This document shows positions 37,257 to 50,506 of a stretch of DNA of 64,000 bases, piece after piece. The notes beneath the pieces are model-generated. The model saw only the letters and a program-made list of their open reading frames with translations, did not search any database and had not been told where the DNA came from. Numbering within the stretch: the stretch's first letter is position 1; the number at the start of each line of letters is the position of its first letter. A program made the translations under genes and the position numbers. The stretch is from NCBI GenBank assembly GCA_013239625.1, contig MU054323.1, forward strand, positions 20,047,082-20,111,081, given 5' to 3'. The DNA is from Lama guanicoe (taxonomy: Eukaryota).

Positions 37257-38631
37257 AAAATGATTCCCCTCACATTTCCAACCACCTTCTGGGATTGAAA
37301 ACATGACTGTTTTGGGGTAACAATGATGTGTGTACACGTCCGTCTCCCCAGTGGACTGTGTGCATGTAGAGAGCAGGTATTATTTTTGTGTGCAGCTTTG
37401 CATCTCCTATAAGCCTGGCAAAATGCCTCGCACATTTCCAGTGCTGAAATGTCTGCTAAATGCACGTATAGTATGATCCACTTTTTATTTTCCTACTTAA
37501 TAAGCAAACCGATTTTTAAAACTCCATACTCAAAAAGAGCGATAGCAACCCCCAATGCCAATACGAGCTCTTCCTGGTTCTTCCATTTAGTCACCATATT
37601 TTTTATTTAACTCTCTGAACACTAAGAAATCTAGCAAACAGTGCCAATGTCTGCAACTACTCTCAGTCACTAATGCAAAAACTGCAAAATCCCTAAGAGG
37701 ATTTAAAGATGTTTATCCGAGCTTACACTTACCAATGCAGAACAAATACATAAATAGATAGAACTCAAGTTCGATTCCAACACTGACAGGTCCTGGCTTT
37801 TCCTTCTACAGCAAAGCCATATTCAGAAAGTGCCACCTTCCTTCTGGGGAAACCACGGTTCCAGTTTCACCTTGCTGCCAGGTGGATGCACAGGATAAAT
37901 CAAGGCTGGCTGCTTGAGACTCAGTGAAAGCCTGCACAGGCTTTGAGGTTCTGGAAAACACTAGTCCAGAAATAGCTTGTGGTTGGCATGGAAGTGGGAG
38001 ATGTAACATCTTTCTATTTCCAATACGAAATGTCTGATGACCAGAATTTGCCTCGGGAGGGGGTTGAACCCTGGAGGACTGAGCTGCCAGCTCTCCGACT
38101 TCTGCTCATGAGATGGCCCAGGATGGCTACAAAAGAAAGAGTTGGACAGGTAGTAACTGAGAACAGAGACAGATCACGGTTTTGGAGTCAAGAGGCCCTG
38201 TTCCTGGTCTTGGTTCTATTACCAACAGGCAAGTGACCTTGAGCAAGTCATGTAACCTTCCCAAACCTCACTCATGAGGAGCCATATTACCTGCCTTGCT
38301 TGCTGCTACGGCAGTCTACTAAATTAATGTACACTGATGTGCATTTCAAAGTGTAAGTCACTGAGCAAACTTGAACTGTAAATGACGGGCCATGACAGGG
38401 ATGAAGGAGTCCATCCCCTTCCTGAGGACCTGGGGCATAAGAGGCCTGACAAGAGGTTGATGCCATGAAGGAAATGATCTCTGGGTGATCTCACCATCCC
38501 CTCTCAAAGACTATTCCTGAAGGAGAAACCCTAAGCATAAAATGTTCACATTTATTGTTCTTCAAGTAATAAAGCAATTCATATTCAGTACGGAAAAGCA
38601 AGCGAGCAAAAACAAGAAAATTTAGAATACC

Positions 38632-39000
38632 CAGTGAGTTCATCACCTCAGGCCACTATAACAAAATACGACAGACTGAATTAATCAACAGACATTTACT
38701 TCCTCACCCTTCTGAAGGCTGGAAGTCTGAGATCAGGGTGCCCGCACGGTTGGTTCTGGTGCGAGCTCTCCTCCAGCTGTGTGCTCATCCAGGCCTTTCC
38801 TGGATGCATGAGCCTGGGGAGAGAGCAATTTCTCACTTCCTCTTCTTGTAAGGCTACCAATCTGACAAAATTAGGACCCCATGCTTATGATTTCATTTAA
38901 CCTTAATTACCTCCTAAAAGCCCACCTCCAAATACAGTCACATTGGGGGTTAGGGCTTCAACATAAGGATTTGAGAGGAACACAATTCAGTCTACGGCAC
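38632..39000 (-). mobile_element. MaLR solo LTR (MLT1A/B-like)
   Basis: TTCTGAAGGCTGGAAGTCTGAGATCAGGGTG...TAACCTTAATTACCTCCTAAAAGCCC...CACATTGGGGGTTAGGGCTTCAACAT. Confidence 0.88.
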
Positions 39001-39449
39001 TCGCAATCTCACTCCCCTAGACAAAACCATTCTTTATGCTTTGGTATACCTTCTCCCATTCTCCTCAGCACATAGATTTTTAAAAATGAAATCATACCAC
39101 GCAGATTACTTGGTAGCCTGGTTTTTTTTTCACTCAACAATATATGGTGACAGTTTTTCCACATCATCAAATTTATTTCTCCGACGTCAGTTTTAGTAAT
39201 TGCATAAATTCCCCAGCATGGCTACGTCATTGTTCCTATGATCCTTAATTTTGGTCTTGTAGTTTGTAGTCAACTTCCCAGTTCTAGAGTGTGCTGGGAT
39301 AAACACCCTTGACTATTTCCTTAGGACAGATTCCTGGGGGTGAAACTACAGGTCAGTGGGCATGCACACTTCCGAAGCCTTGACGAGTAGTGTCAGAATA
39401 TTTGTGCCCATTTATACTCCCACTAGTAGCAGATGAAAACGTGGCCTCA

Positions 39450-39722
39450 CTTTTTTTTAAACAAACTTTTTATTTTGAAATAAATTTGTATCTACAGAAA
39501 AGTTGCAAGGATAGTCCAGAGTACGGAGAGTGGTCCAGACACCCTTCACTCAGGTTCTCCTGATGTTCACGTATTATTCAACCATGATGCATGTGTCAAA
39601 ACTAAGAAATTAACATTGGTACATTTCTATTAAGTAAACTGCAGACTTTATTCTCATTTCACGAGTTTTTCCACTAAGGTCCTCTTACGATTCTAGGATT
39701 CGATCCAGGACATCACACATTA
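39450..39722 (-). mobile_element. Old L1M 3' end, antisense
   Basis: Poly-T followed by TTTTATTTTGAAATAA...ACAGAAAAGTTGCAA...ACTAAGAAATTAACATTGGTACA. Confidence 0.75.
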
Positions 39723-41031
39723 AATCTTAACTCTTTATTGACCACAGAAAAGTCCCCTGGTGTTTTGGGGGCTTGCCGTCTCTAATGTTAACTAGTGGTT
39801 ATTGTTCATTGCTTCAGGGTATGGCTTGTTCCAGCCTATGCTTGCTCCATCAGCCAAGTTACTGTGCTACAAGGCAGTGAGGGTGGATTACCTCCCCAAA
39901 CTTTGTAAAGAGGCAAAACGAAGGCTCCTTATGTGGAAGAGGACATGTGTGCGTCCCCACAGGGTCCCTCACGTAAATGCTATGAAGGAAACGTAAACAG
40001 CAGCACCACAATTGGATTTTGCTCTATATTTGGAAAATTTGGCGCTTCCTTACAAAGCTGGCTGATGCTGTCTTATTTAGTTCATTCTTTTGCTCATCTC
40101 CTGTAATCATTAAATTACAGAGCCATATTTCCAAAGCTCTAGGGGAAAAAAATGGATCAGGAATAAAATCTTTTAAGCTCCTGTAAAAAAGCTCTGGATT
40201 CGCTTATGAATGGTGGGTGCAGAGTCCAGGGAATGATCTATTCTGAGCTGTCCTAGGTGAATGATTGGCTTCATTTCTGTGGTTCTATGACGTTCTCTCT
40301 TCAATGCAGAACAAGGATGTACCCTTAACATCCTGTCCATGGACTTATCCCTGATGTCTTTCTCCCCCGGGGATAAAAGTCAATGAAGGAACAAGAAGTC
40401 ATGAAATACATACATGATCAGGAGGGAGAAAAGAAAAGCTGAGAAGAAAAGGCTGCTGGGTTGTTTATCGGACTCCTCTGGTCAAGGCCGTTTTGATCTG
40501 TGGTTGTGGCTCTGTGCCTTTCTCATAATTGTCTATTTGAGAGTCTCTATTCTTTCCTTAGGAAGGCCTGTTTCTCTGAGGTGACCTGAAAATTTAACAA
40601 ATATTTAGCAAGCTATTTAGAGCAATTCTCAGCCCAGCATTCACAGCCTGAGTTGTCTTCCCAGCTCCAAATCTGTCTGAAACCATGATTGATTGGCTTA
40701 TATTTTTATTTTCTCTTGTTTTCTCTGAGAGTCCCATCTGGACTCTTCAGCAAGATTCCTTTGGGACACCTATTTGTTTCTCTCAGGCCAGCCTTGGCTT
40801 CTGATTTCCCCCAGGCCATCGCCATCCCCCTCACTTGGAGGGAAAGTGCTGTGGCCTGAGCTCAGGGTTCTCCTGGGGAATCTTTCGGAAGGACTCTTCT
40901 GGTGAGAGCTTCCACGACTGCTTCCTCCCAGGGCAGCTCTGCCAGGATACGGCTCTCAGGCCAGATTTGCTCTCCAAATGTTGGGCCCAGTTGCCTCATT
41001 ATATTTTGTGTCTTTATTAAGAATGAGGGGG

Positions 41032-41150
41032 TGGAGGTGGGGTACAGCTCAGTGGTAGAGCGCATGCTTAGCATGCTTGAGGTTCTGAGTTCAATCTCCA
41101 GTACTGCCACTAACAACAACAACAACAAAAAAGGTAAAGAAACAGAAAGA
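41032..41150 (+). mobile_element. tRNA-Ala-derived SINE (camelid Vic-1 type), short form with (AAC)n tail
   Basis: CAGCTCAGTGGTAGAGCGCATGCTTAGCATGC...AGTTCAATCTCC. TSD AAGAATGAGGGGG (41019-41031) / AAGAATAAGGGGG (41151-41163). Confidence 0.9.
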
Positions 41151-42203
41151 AAGAATAAGGGGGAAAAATCAGAGCAGAAAAGACTGTCTAAGATGATGTT
41201 ATTGATCCTTTACTCTCCTTGTGGGCCCCTCAGCAAGGAGCCTGCCCTTCTCCACCCTCCTCACTTCTGTGACCAGGAAACAAGACCCGATCGCTACCTG
41301 AGGACCCATGGCAAACTGGCACCTGACTCAGTGCCCACAACTTGCAGCTAATTAGCATGAGCTCACACTCTGCCCCAAGCACCTGCTAACTTGCAAAGGT
41401 GTCCTTGAGGTTGGCCTGTTTACAATCAGCTTGGACTAGAACTTATGCCCCTGAGTACTGGAAGTTTCAGAGAAAGTAGCAACAGGAAAAGCCCAAATTT
41501 CTCACTACAGTTTCCTGAGAAAGCTGCACCTCCGGGTGTCCTCATTCATCAAAGGAGTGATGTCTAGCAAATATTCATCTCTTTTTAACACTTTATACCT
41601 CTTGGTTTTGATTAATTCAATCAATAAAGATGGTTTTATGGTGCCAAGTGCTCTTATTAACATCTTAAAATTGGGCCCCTAATTTTATCTACCAGGGATA
41701 TAGCAGAATTTGTGGGGTTCATGTATTTATAACAAATAGAGCATCTGAAATTGGCTAAAGAATTTTTTCATCAATTCGCTTCAAATGAAGTCAAGATGTA
41801 CCAAAGCCTACGCCTGCGAACCAGTCCTGAAGAAATGAAGCTAAATGTTGGAAATGCTTTATAGGCGTGAATGCAAGCATCTCTCTCTGCCAGCTTCCTC
41901 TAATACATTTGGGGAAATCTGCTCTTGGTCCATACTGCAGCCCACATCTCCCATCTCCCTGCCCTCCCAGGTCACCTGGTTCCTTCCTCTGCTTCTCCTT
42001 GGGTCTTTGCTCGCACCACCGCTGGTCACAAATTAAAACTCTAAGATCTTTTTCTTCACATCAGCATCAGGGAACAGGTGACTTGGGGGGCCTGGGGGTG
42101 GGTGGGTTTTGTGTCTTGTAAAGCTTTCACCAGGAGTACTGAGAATTCACTGAGAATATATGACTGTGGTGGGGGGCAGATTCTGGGATGGCACTGCAAG
42201 ACT

Positions 42204-42956
42204 GTATCAGTGAGGTTTGGGTTTGGCCACAATTCTGCAGTATAAGACAGTGCTTACAAGCCCCGACTGCCTAGTTTACTAGTCTTTACTAGCTGTGACT
42301 TTAGGCAAGTTAATCTCTTCAGTGCCTCACTGCTCATATGTAAAACGGAGGTAATTATAGTACCTACCTCATAGGGTTGGCAGTGTAAAGATTAGATTAG
42401 TATTTAAGTGAAGCATTCAGAACACTACTTGGCATGTGATAAGCGATTGTTATGATAAAACAGAGGGGGGGATAAACCCAAAGAATGTCATTTCTCTTTT
42501 ACATTAAAAAACAAAAGTCCAGAGGTAGGCAGTCCAGGGCTGGTATGGCAGCTTCCTGGTACTATTAGACCCAGACTCTTGTCTTTCTGTTTCCTCCTCA
42601 AGGTTTCCCCATCACACAAGATAGCTAATGGAGCTCCAGTCATTGCATCCAAATTACAATTTGGAAGAAGGACAAAAGGCAGATTGGCAAAAAGAGGTTT
42701 TCCCAGCTGTATGAGCTCCCCTTTCATTAGCCTTCCTGGGATTCCAACCTAACGCTTCAGCTAACATTTACTGGCCTGAACTTGGTCACACTTCTGATTA
42801 TATCTTATTGGCCAGAACTGGGTCATATGACCATAAGTTGCTGCAAGGGAAGCTGGGAAATGTGCTCTATATTCCAAGTGGTAACGTGCCCAGATAAAAA
42901 CTATGAAAAATATAGGGAAGAATAAATGCTGGGAGAGAAAACAGTCTCTGCCACTA
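42204..42956 (-). mobile_element. Old MaLR LTR (MLT1K/L-like) interrupted by a MIR (~42235-42450)
   Basis: AAGTCCAGAGGTAGGCAGTCCAGGGCTGGTATGGCAGCT and ATTGGCCAGAACTGGGTCATATGACC...GCTGCAAGGGAAGCTGGGAAATGT; MIR core GTGACTTTAGGCAAGTTAA...TACCTACCTCATAGGGTTG. Confidence 0.7.
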
Positions 42957-43344
42957 CATCACAACACAGCAAACAACCTAAAATTCAGTATTAGGCCTGT
43001 CTTTTCCAAAGCTCCTTGGCCGGCCCCTTCCACAGGGAAGTTTTCTTCAGCTACCTTTCTCTCCTCAGGCATCAACTTGCCTGCATCACTTTAGCTTCTG
43101 TGTCTCTCTCTAGAGCTTTGTCACACCTGCACCATTCTCTCATCTTCCACTTTCTCCCTAATCTCAGACCCAGAAATTTGAAATTCTCCTCAGTGTGATG
43201 CTGGGCAATTTGACTTCCCCATGGCACTGCCCACACCTATATCAGAATGCCCAGGGGCCCTGCTGTGGCTGGGAGCACATCCTTCTTAACCAAAATGTTC
43301 ATCAGACCAATCAAAACATTTTTCTAAATGAAAGAATTGGGTGT

Positions 43345-43443
43345 GGGGGTAGGTTTAGCTCAGCGGTAGAGTACATACTTAGCATGCACAAGGTCCTGAG
43401 TTCAATCCCCAGTACCTCCACTGAAAAAAGAAGAAGAAGAAGA
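43345..43443 (+). mobile_element. tRNA-Ala-derived SINE (camelid Vic-1 type), short form with (AAG)n tail
   Basis: TTTAGCTCAGCGGTAGAGTACATACTTAGCATGCACAAGGTCCTGAGTTCAATCCCCAGTACCTCCA plus A/AAG tail. Confidence 0.88.
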
Positions 43444-44269
43444 AAGCTGGTGGATAAAAACATGTATTACTCCTGTACCCAGTTCACACCCCTCTAAAAC
43501 ATCAGTAGAGGAATTAGTAGAGGATACAAACCCACAAGGACAAAGAGAACACGAGGGGAGACAACAGCAACATTTTGGGAGCCAGAAGGCAGATGGAGAA
43601 GTGGTAAGTGACTTAAGCAGTTCTAAGAAAGCGAAATTATAAGCCAGCAGGTAGAAAAAACCAAACAGGAATCTCTTTTCCAGTGCACCCATAAGGCTCA
43701 GCGATTGGCAGCAGCAGGTACTGTGGGTAATAATGGTGAAGGTGGATCCAAAAGCAGGAAGGCTGGTGGAAAAGCTGTTTAAGAGACAGTTGACTTCCAG
43801 ATCCCCTCTCCCAGGTGGCAGTCCCTCCTCTGCCCCAGCAGAAGAGTAGAGGTTTATTCTCTGGCGAGAATGGAGGACCTCTGGTCTGAGAAATGACAAG
43901 TCCTGAACGTGTTTTCAGTCGGAACACAGGGGGATTGAGGGGCATTTACGTGTTGAATGTTGAAAGCCCCAAGCTCCTTCCCCTACAGATTCCCAGGTGT
44001 ATTCCCTCCAGGCAGGAAATCAGACGTATTCTCTTGGAGAATGAGACTTACTGACATCAGGGGGGGTCTAAGGATAGGACCCAGCCAGAAAGGACAGGAC
44101 CCAAAGTAAGGCAAACAACCAACAATTTGCAGGGAATCCAGTCAGCCTAGGATCGTTAGGGGAAAACCTCTCGTGGGAAAGAGAACAAAACAAACTAACA
44201 GAGACCACACTACGTGAACAACTTTAAAAAAAAAAAAAGAGGGAAAGAAATACAGGAGATAAAGAAATA

Positions 44270-44830
44270 AGGTCAATGACACCATGAGGAAACCATCAGA
44301 CAAATCCAGGATGTGGGGCACGTCACAAAACAACTGGCCAGGTCTCTTCAACAAGCCAATCTGATGAAAAATTAAAAGGGGTGTGAAGGAGACTTGCTCT
44401 AAAGAAAAAGAGACACAACAACCCAATGCAATCTGTGGTGCTTGATTGACTCCTAGTTAAGAAAATAAGCTAGAAAAGATATTTTTAGAACAAACAGGGA
44501 GAGCTGAATATGGACTGGATTAGAAAATAGGGAATTAGTTTACTTTTTCATTATTATTGTTTATTACTGATAGCTATGATGGTGATGTTCCTGTTGGAGA
44601 ATGTCTTTATTTTTTTGGATTGTATGTAGAGAAGTATTTAGACACAGAGCACCATGATGTCTATAATTTTCTTTAAAATAGCTCAGGGAAAATATATATA
44701 GATGAATCAAATATGGCAAAATGGTAACAATTCTTTAGGTGAGGGGGAAGGTATTGGGTTTCACTGTCTCATTCCTTCTCTTTTCCCATGTGATTCAAAT
44801 TTTTTGTAATAAAAAGTAAAACCAAGCAAA
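44270..44830 (+). mobile_element. Old L1MC/L1ME-like 3' UTR
   Basis: CATGAGGAAACCATCAGACAAATCCAGGATGTGGGGCA...CTGAATATGGACTGGAT...TTTTTTGTAATAAAAAG; similar to 6330-6730. Confidence 0.75.
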
Positions 44831-46757
44831 CAAAAAACAATGAGGGAATAACAAAATAAACAGTGTTATAACCTCTCCAAATTCCTCCAGAAGGAAGTTA
44901 GGCAGGGGCGGGGGGGGGGGGGCTTCTGCAGGCATTTCCCTCTGGGTCCACAGAGGGTAGTGAGAGTGAGGGGAAAGCCAATCTGAGATACCAGAGAAAG
45001 TCAAGATACAGTCCTGGAAAGCCTATGCTTAAGCTTCAAGTTCAGGGCAGGGGAGACTGAGGTTGGGGTCACCAAGGTATGATTCAGAATATGGCAGAGA
45101 GAATTCAGAGCAGGAGGATAGAGGATGGGGTTTGAGGCAACAGCTTTGAAGACTGATAGACAGGTGAGGTTAGGCTCATTCTGTAACCAAAATCACACTT
45201 ACACAGGTCATACACTGGGGCATTATTTGTAATAGCACAAAATTTAAAAGAACCTAAATATCCATTGTTTAGGGAGCTGGTTGAATGAACTGAAATACAG
45301 CCACGCAGTGGAGTCCTGGGCAGCCATAAAAAGCAGAGGAAAAGCTCTGATATAGAATGGACTCCAGGATATACTGTTCAACAAAAAAAACAAAGGTACA
45401 GGATATAGTACGTTATTTTCCATGTGGGAAGGACAGAAAAATACTAATATATATATGAAGCCTGGAAAGACAAATCATAGACAAATAAAAATAGTTACCC
45501 CCAGTGGGAAGGAGGGAACAGGATGGGAGAGAAAAGGGATAGATGCTTATATGTACGGACATCAATTATACAGTTTTAACTTTGGAATCACGGTTTACAT
45601 AATCAAAAAATTAAATCAAAAAGAAGAAATAGGTGTACAAAGACTGAAACACTGTGAGAAAGTCTTGTGATACCAGCTATCAAGGTGACACACAACAGCT
45701 TTACAACAGGATGAGAAAAACAAGCACAAGCCTTCGCAGAGGACAATGACCAAACGACAGACACAGTGTTATGTGGTTGCTCTGCAGAGCAGGACTTTCA
45801 GATTGCTTGTATTTTCAAAGCTCCTTCACAAATCTGAATTCATCTAATAATGGGGGAAAAAAGAGAATCTAATTTTAAGAAAAGTGGCCAACTGTGCTAT
45901 ATATTAGAAAATCCTACATTTTTACAGCCATTTTAAGAGTCTATAGTTCACTTTTATATGTCTCCCGTCATTTAATTCTCACACCAACTTTAGCGGGCAG
46001 GCACTGTCTTTAAAATCAAGGCAAGATAATAACACTTTGGAGTTGGACTCTGAGATCAGTGTTTTTTGCCATGGCTGCCCCCATCATTCATCATTTTGCT
46101 CAGCCCTATCTTCTGGGCATCCAGTCTCCTAGTCTAGCCAGAGGTGAGATGACAGTCCCTCAGGAAATGCCCTGGGAATGGGGATTTGGCTCTGCCACCC
46201 ATAACAAATCTAAGTTCTAAAATGAGTTTTGAGACACACATTTTGGAAGACTCAGGATGGTTTTAATAATTAGTATAACCTTCCAAATTAAATAAATAAA
46301 CTTATAACAGAAGCCAATCCTTCAGGGACAAAGAACACAGGAAAAGAATCCACAAAACGTAGCAGCTGCTTCCGAAGGAAACCCCATTACAATTTAAAGC
46401 ACTGGGTATTTTGGACACATGTAATCTGATTATTAATTCTGAAATGGTCTTGGAACAATACAATCTGCAACAATAGGTTTATCCTTTCTGCTCTGTAAAT
46501 GAGGGTATCCACAAGATGCCAACAAGCTGTAGACATGCACACAAAGATGGGAGATGGAGGGGTAAATGTTCCCATGCACCTTGCGGGCAGGAAAGGGGGC
46601 TCATTCTGGGGATTCGGGGCCAACAAGAGAGACATCCAGGAGTCCTGCTTGCACTAGGACCTGCATTAGATCCAGAGATCCCATGAGAAACGGAAAAGGA
46701 ATTACTGGCACATGGCACTGTGAACAATATACTCACTTAAAGGAGGGAGACAGAAGT

Positions 46758-48840
46758 CTGATGCATTTCTTTACACTAACAATGAAATATCAGAAAGGGA
46801 AAGTAAAAGAACAATCCCTTTTAAAATTGTATCAAAAAAAAATACTTAGGAATAAACCTGACCAAAGAGGTGAAAGACTTACATGCTGAGAACTATAAAA
46901 CACTGATAAAGAAAACTGAAGATGATTCAAAGAAATGGAAAGATATCTCATGCTCTTGGATTGGAGGAATTAATATTTTTAAAATGGCCATGCTACCCAA
47001 AGCAATTTACGGATTTAATGTGATCCCTATCAAATTACCCACGTCACTTTTCACAGAACTAGAAAAAATAATACTGTAATTTATATGGAACCACAAAAGA
47101 CCCAGAGTTGCCAAACAATACTGAGGAAAATGAACAAAGCTGGAGGTAGTCCAGACTTCAGACAATACTACAAAGCTGCAGTAATCAAAACAGCATGGTA
47201 TTGGCACAGAGACAGACAAATGGATCAATGGAACAGTACAGAGAGCCCAGAAATAAACCCACACGCCTATTGTCAATTAATCTTCGACAAAGGAGGCGAG
47301 AATATACAATGGAGAAAAGACAGTGTCTTCAGCAAGTAGTGTTGGGAAAGTTGGACAGCTGCATATAAATCAATGAGTTAGGATGCTCCCTTATAGCATA
47401 TACAAAAATAAACCCAAAATGGCTTAAAGACTTAAATATAAAACATGACACCATAAAATTCCTAGGAGAGAACATGGGCAAAACATTCTCTGATATAAAT
47501 CATAGCAATGTTCTCCTAGGGCAGTCTACCCAGGCAAAAGAAATAAAAGCAGAAATTAACAAGTGGGACCTAATCAAACATAAAAGCTTTTGCATAGCAA
47601 AGGAAATAAAAAACAAAACAGCTTACAGTGAAAAAGAATATGAAAACAAATATATGCATATTTATGTATGACTGAAGCATTGTGCTGTACACTAGAAATT
47701 GACACAACATTGCAAACTGACTATACTTCAATAAAAAAGTAAATTAAAAAATAAAACAACAAACAAAAAGACAATCTACAAAATGGGAGAAAATATTTGC
47801 AAATGATGTGACTGACAAGGGCTTAATTTCCAAAATATACAAACAGCTCATACAGCTCAATATCAAAAAAACCCAAACAGCCCAATCAAAAAATAGGCAG
47901 AAGACCTAAATAGATATTCCTCCAAAGAAGACATACAGATGATCAACATGCATATGAAAAGATGCTCAACATCACTAATTATTAGAGAAATGCAAGTCAA
48001 AACTACAATGAGGTATCACCTCACACCAGTCAAAATGGCCATCATCAAAACGTTTGCAAAAAATAAATGCTGAAGACAGTGTGGAGAAAAGGGGTCCCTT
48101 CTATACTGTTGATGGGAATGTAAATTGTTGCAGCCACTATGGAGAACAATACGGCAGTTTCTTCTTAAAAAAACTGAAAAAAAAAAAAAGAATTATCATA
48201 TGATCCAGCAATCCCACTCCTGGGCATATAGCCAAAGGAAACTCTAATTTGAAAAGATACATGCACCCCATAGCAACACTATTTACAATAGCCAAGACAT
48301 GGAAGCAACCTAAGTGTCCATCAATAGATGAACGGATAAAGATGTGATATATACACATACAATAGAATGTTACTCAGCCATAAAAAAAAGAATGAAATAA
48401 TGCCATTTGCAGCAACATGAATGCACCTAGAAATTATCATACCAAGTGAAGTAAGTCAGACAGAGAAATACAGACATCATATAATATCACTTCTGTGTGG
48501 AATCTAAAAAGTGACACAAATGAACTTATTTACCACAAAGAAATACTCACAGACATAGAAAACAAATTTATAGTTACCAAAGGGGAAAGGGGAAGAGGGA
48601 TAAATTAGGAGTTTGGGATTAGCAGTTACACACTACTATATATAAAATAGATAAGTAACAAGGGCCTACTGTATAGCACAGGGGATTATATTCAATATCT
48701 TATAATAAATTATAATGGAAAAAATCTGAAAAAGAATATATATATATATATATATCTGAATCACTTTGTTGTACACCAGAAACTAACACAACACTGTAAA
48801 TCAACTATTCTTAAACTTTAAAAAGAATTTAAAAAAAGAA
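46758..48840 (+). mobile_element. 5'-truncated L1, ~2.1 kb, with disrupted ORF2 C-terminal half and full 3' UTR
   Basis: ORFs 46870..47079 ([11 protein letters not shown]...[12 protein letters not shown]...[16 protein letters not shown]), 47085..47339 ([28 protein letters not shown]) and 47474..47671 (INKWDLIK) are L1 ORF2 pieces with stops and frameshifts. Confidence 0.97.
47621..47742 (+). mobile_element. ~120-bp young L1 3' tip nested in the larger L1
   Basis: Ends CTGACTATACTTCAATAAAAAA like 27612-27818; interrupts ORF2; A-rich TSD AAATAAAAAACAAAACA / AATTAAAAAATAAAACA. Confidence 0.88.
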
Positions 48841-49559
48841 TGAGGGAAAATTCTTGGATCTGCCAGAGTTTTGTTTGTTTGTTTGCTTTTAAATCTAGGA
48901 GAGGAAAAGATCACTGATTGTAACTTTTAAAGGAAAGTAGGAGCAAAATACTGAAAAAGCTATCTTTTGATTATTTCACAAGTCTTGCTTGTCTAATAAC
49001 TAAGACACATCTGTCATACATATTTCACTTTTTTTCTCTTAGACTGTTGTCTTTTAGTCTACACAGTGACTTTTATATTAAGAAAGTTTTATATTTTGAT
49101 GTTAAATGTATTGTTTTTCTCCTTTTTTGTATTTTTGAAAGAAATACTTTCTAATAGTTTTAAAGTTTTGTTTTCATGCTCCGATCTTTAATTCACCTGT
49201 AATGTGCTTTCTGCGTGTGGCATGGGATAGGGATTTGTTTATATCTTTTTACAAAAAAAAATTTTCCTACTACCACTCATCAAATATCCTCCTTTCCTCA
49301 CTGATTAGTGAGACTGCAAGTACCATATACCAAGATCTCATAGTACTTGAGCTCTCTGTTTACAGGCAACCTGTTTTGTTTCACTGGTCTGTCTATTCCT
49401 GCATTGATGGCCACCACTGTAATTATGCTAGACACAAATTGCCTTGACTTCTGGTCCTTATTGTTCTTTTTCAGAGGTGGGTTTGGATTATCACTGTTGT
49501 TCCTCTTCTATATGAATTTAAGAAGTATTTGTCCAAGGGTCAAAAAAAATCTATTAGGA

Positions 49560-49882
49560 TACTGTATGATTTCATTTACATGTGGAATCTAAAAAATACA
49601 ATAAACTAGTGAATGTAACAAAGAAGAGTCTCACAGATATAGAGAACAAACTAGTGGTTACCAATGGGGAGAGGGAAGTGGGGAGGGGCAATATAAAGTA
49701 GGGGATTATGAGGTACAAACTATTATGTATAAATAAGCTACAAGGATATACTGTACAACATGGGGAATATAGCCAATATTTTATAATAACTATAAATAGA
49801 GTATAACCTTTAAAAATTGTGAATCACTATATTATACACTTTATATAATATTGCACATCGACTATACTTCAATTTAAAAAGT
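49560..49882 (+). mobile_element. 5'-truncated L1 3' UTR
   Basis: L1 3' UTR ending ACTATACTTCAATTTAAAAA. TSD AAAAATCTATTAGGA (49545-49559) / AAAAACCTATTAGGA (49887-49901). Confidence 0.92.
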
Positions 49883-50506
49883 GTGGAAAAACCTATTAGG
49901 AATCTTTGTTAGAGTCTCATTGAATTTATAGATCAATTTGGGCAGAATTGCCATTTTGAGATTACTGAGTCTTCTCTTCCATAAACATGATTTATTCAGT
50001 TCTTATGTGTCCTTTAAATGTATTTATATAGCTTTTAAACAGGAGTTTGCATTTCATGTCTAAGTATCTTATTTATCTTGCTAATATGAATATGTCTCTC
50101 TCCCTCTCTCTTATTTTTTTACACGTGTTCTAATTGGTTATTTTTCATGCAAAGAAATGTTACTTTTTTTTTTTTATGTTGACCTTGAATCCAGCCACCT
50201 TGCAAATACCCTCATTAGTTCTGCTGCTCTCCTGGTTTCTTGGTTCTCTGGTAACATCATGTGATAGGACCATTAGCTCAGTGCTGTATACCAGTAATAA
50301 CCACAGGCGTCCTTGTCACATTCCTGAGTTTAGTGAAACTGCTTCTAAAGTTTAACCACTGAGAATGACATTTGCTGTGGGCTTTTGGTTTATCAAGTTA
50401 AGAAGGTCCCTTTGATGCCCAGTTTGCCAAGAAATGTTATGAATGGGTGTTGAATCTTGCTAAATGTCTTTTCTGAATCTACTCAAACCATATGGTGTTT
50501 CTCTAT

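Noticed and set aside
41690..41865. Protein-like frame (IEHLKLAKEFFHQFASNEVKM...) after a possible splice acceptor
   Set aside because: Contains an in-frame stop and I cannot assign it. It may be a decayed hAT transposase end or chance; a translated search would be needed.
46870..47671. L1 ORF2-like ORFs as an active or domesticated gene
   Set aside because: 5'-truncated with multiple stops, frameshifts and a nested insertion.
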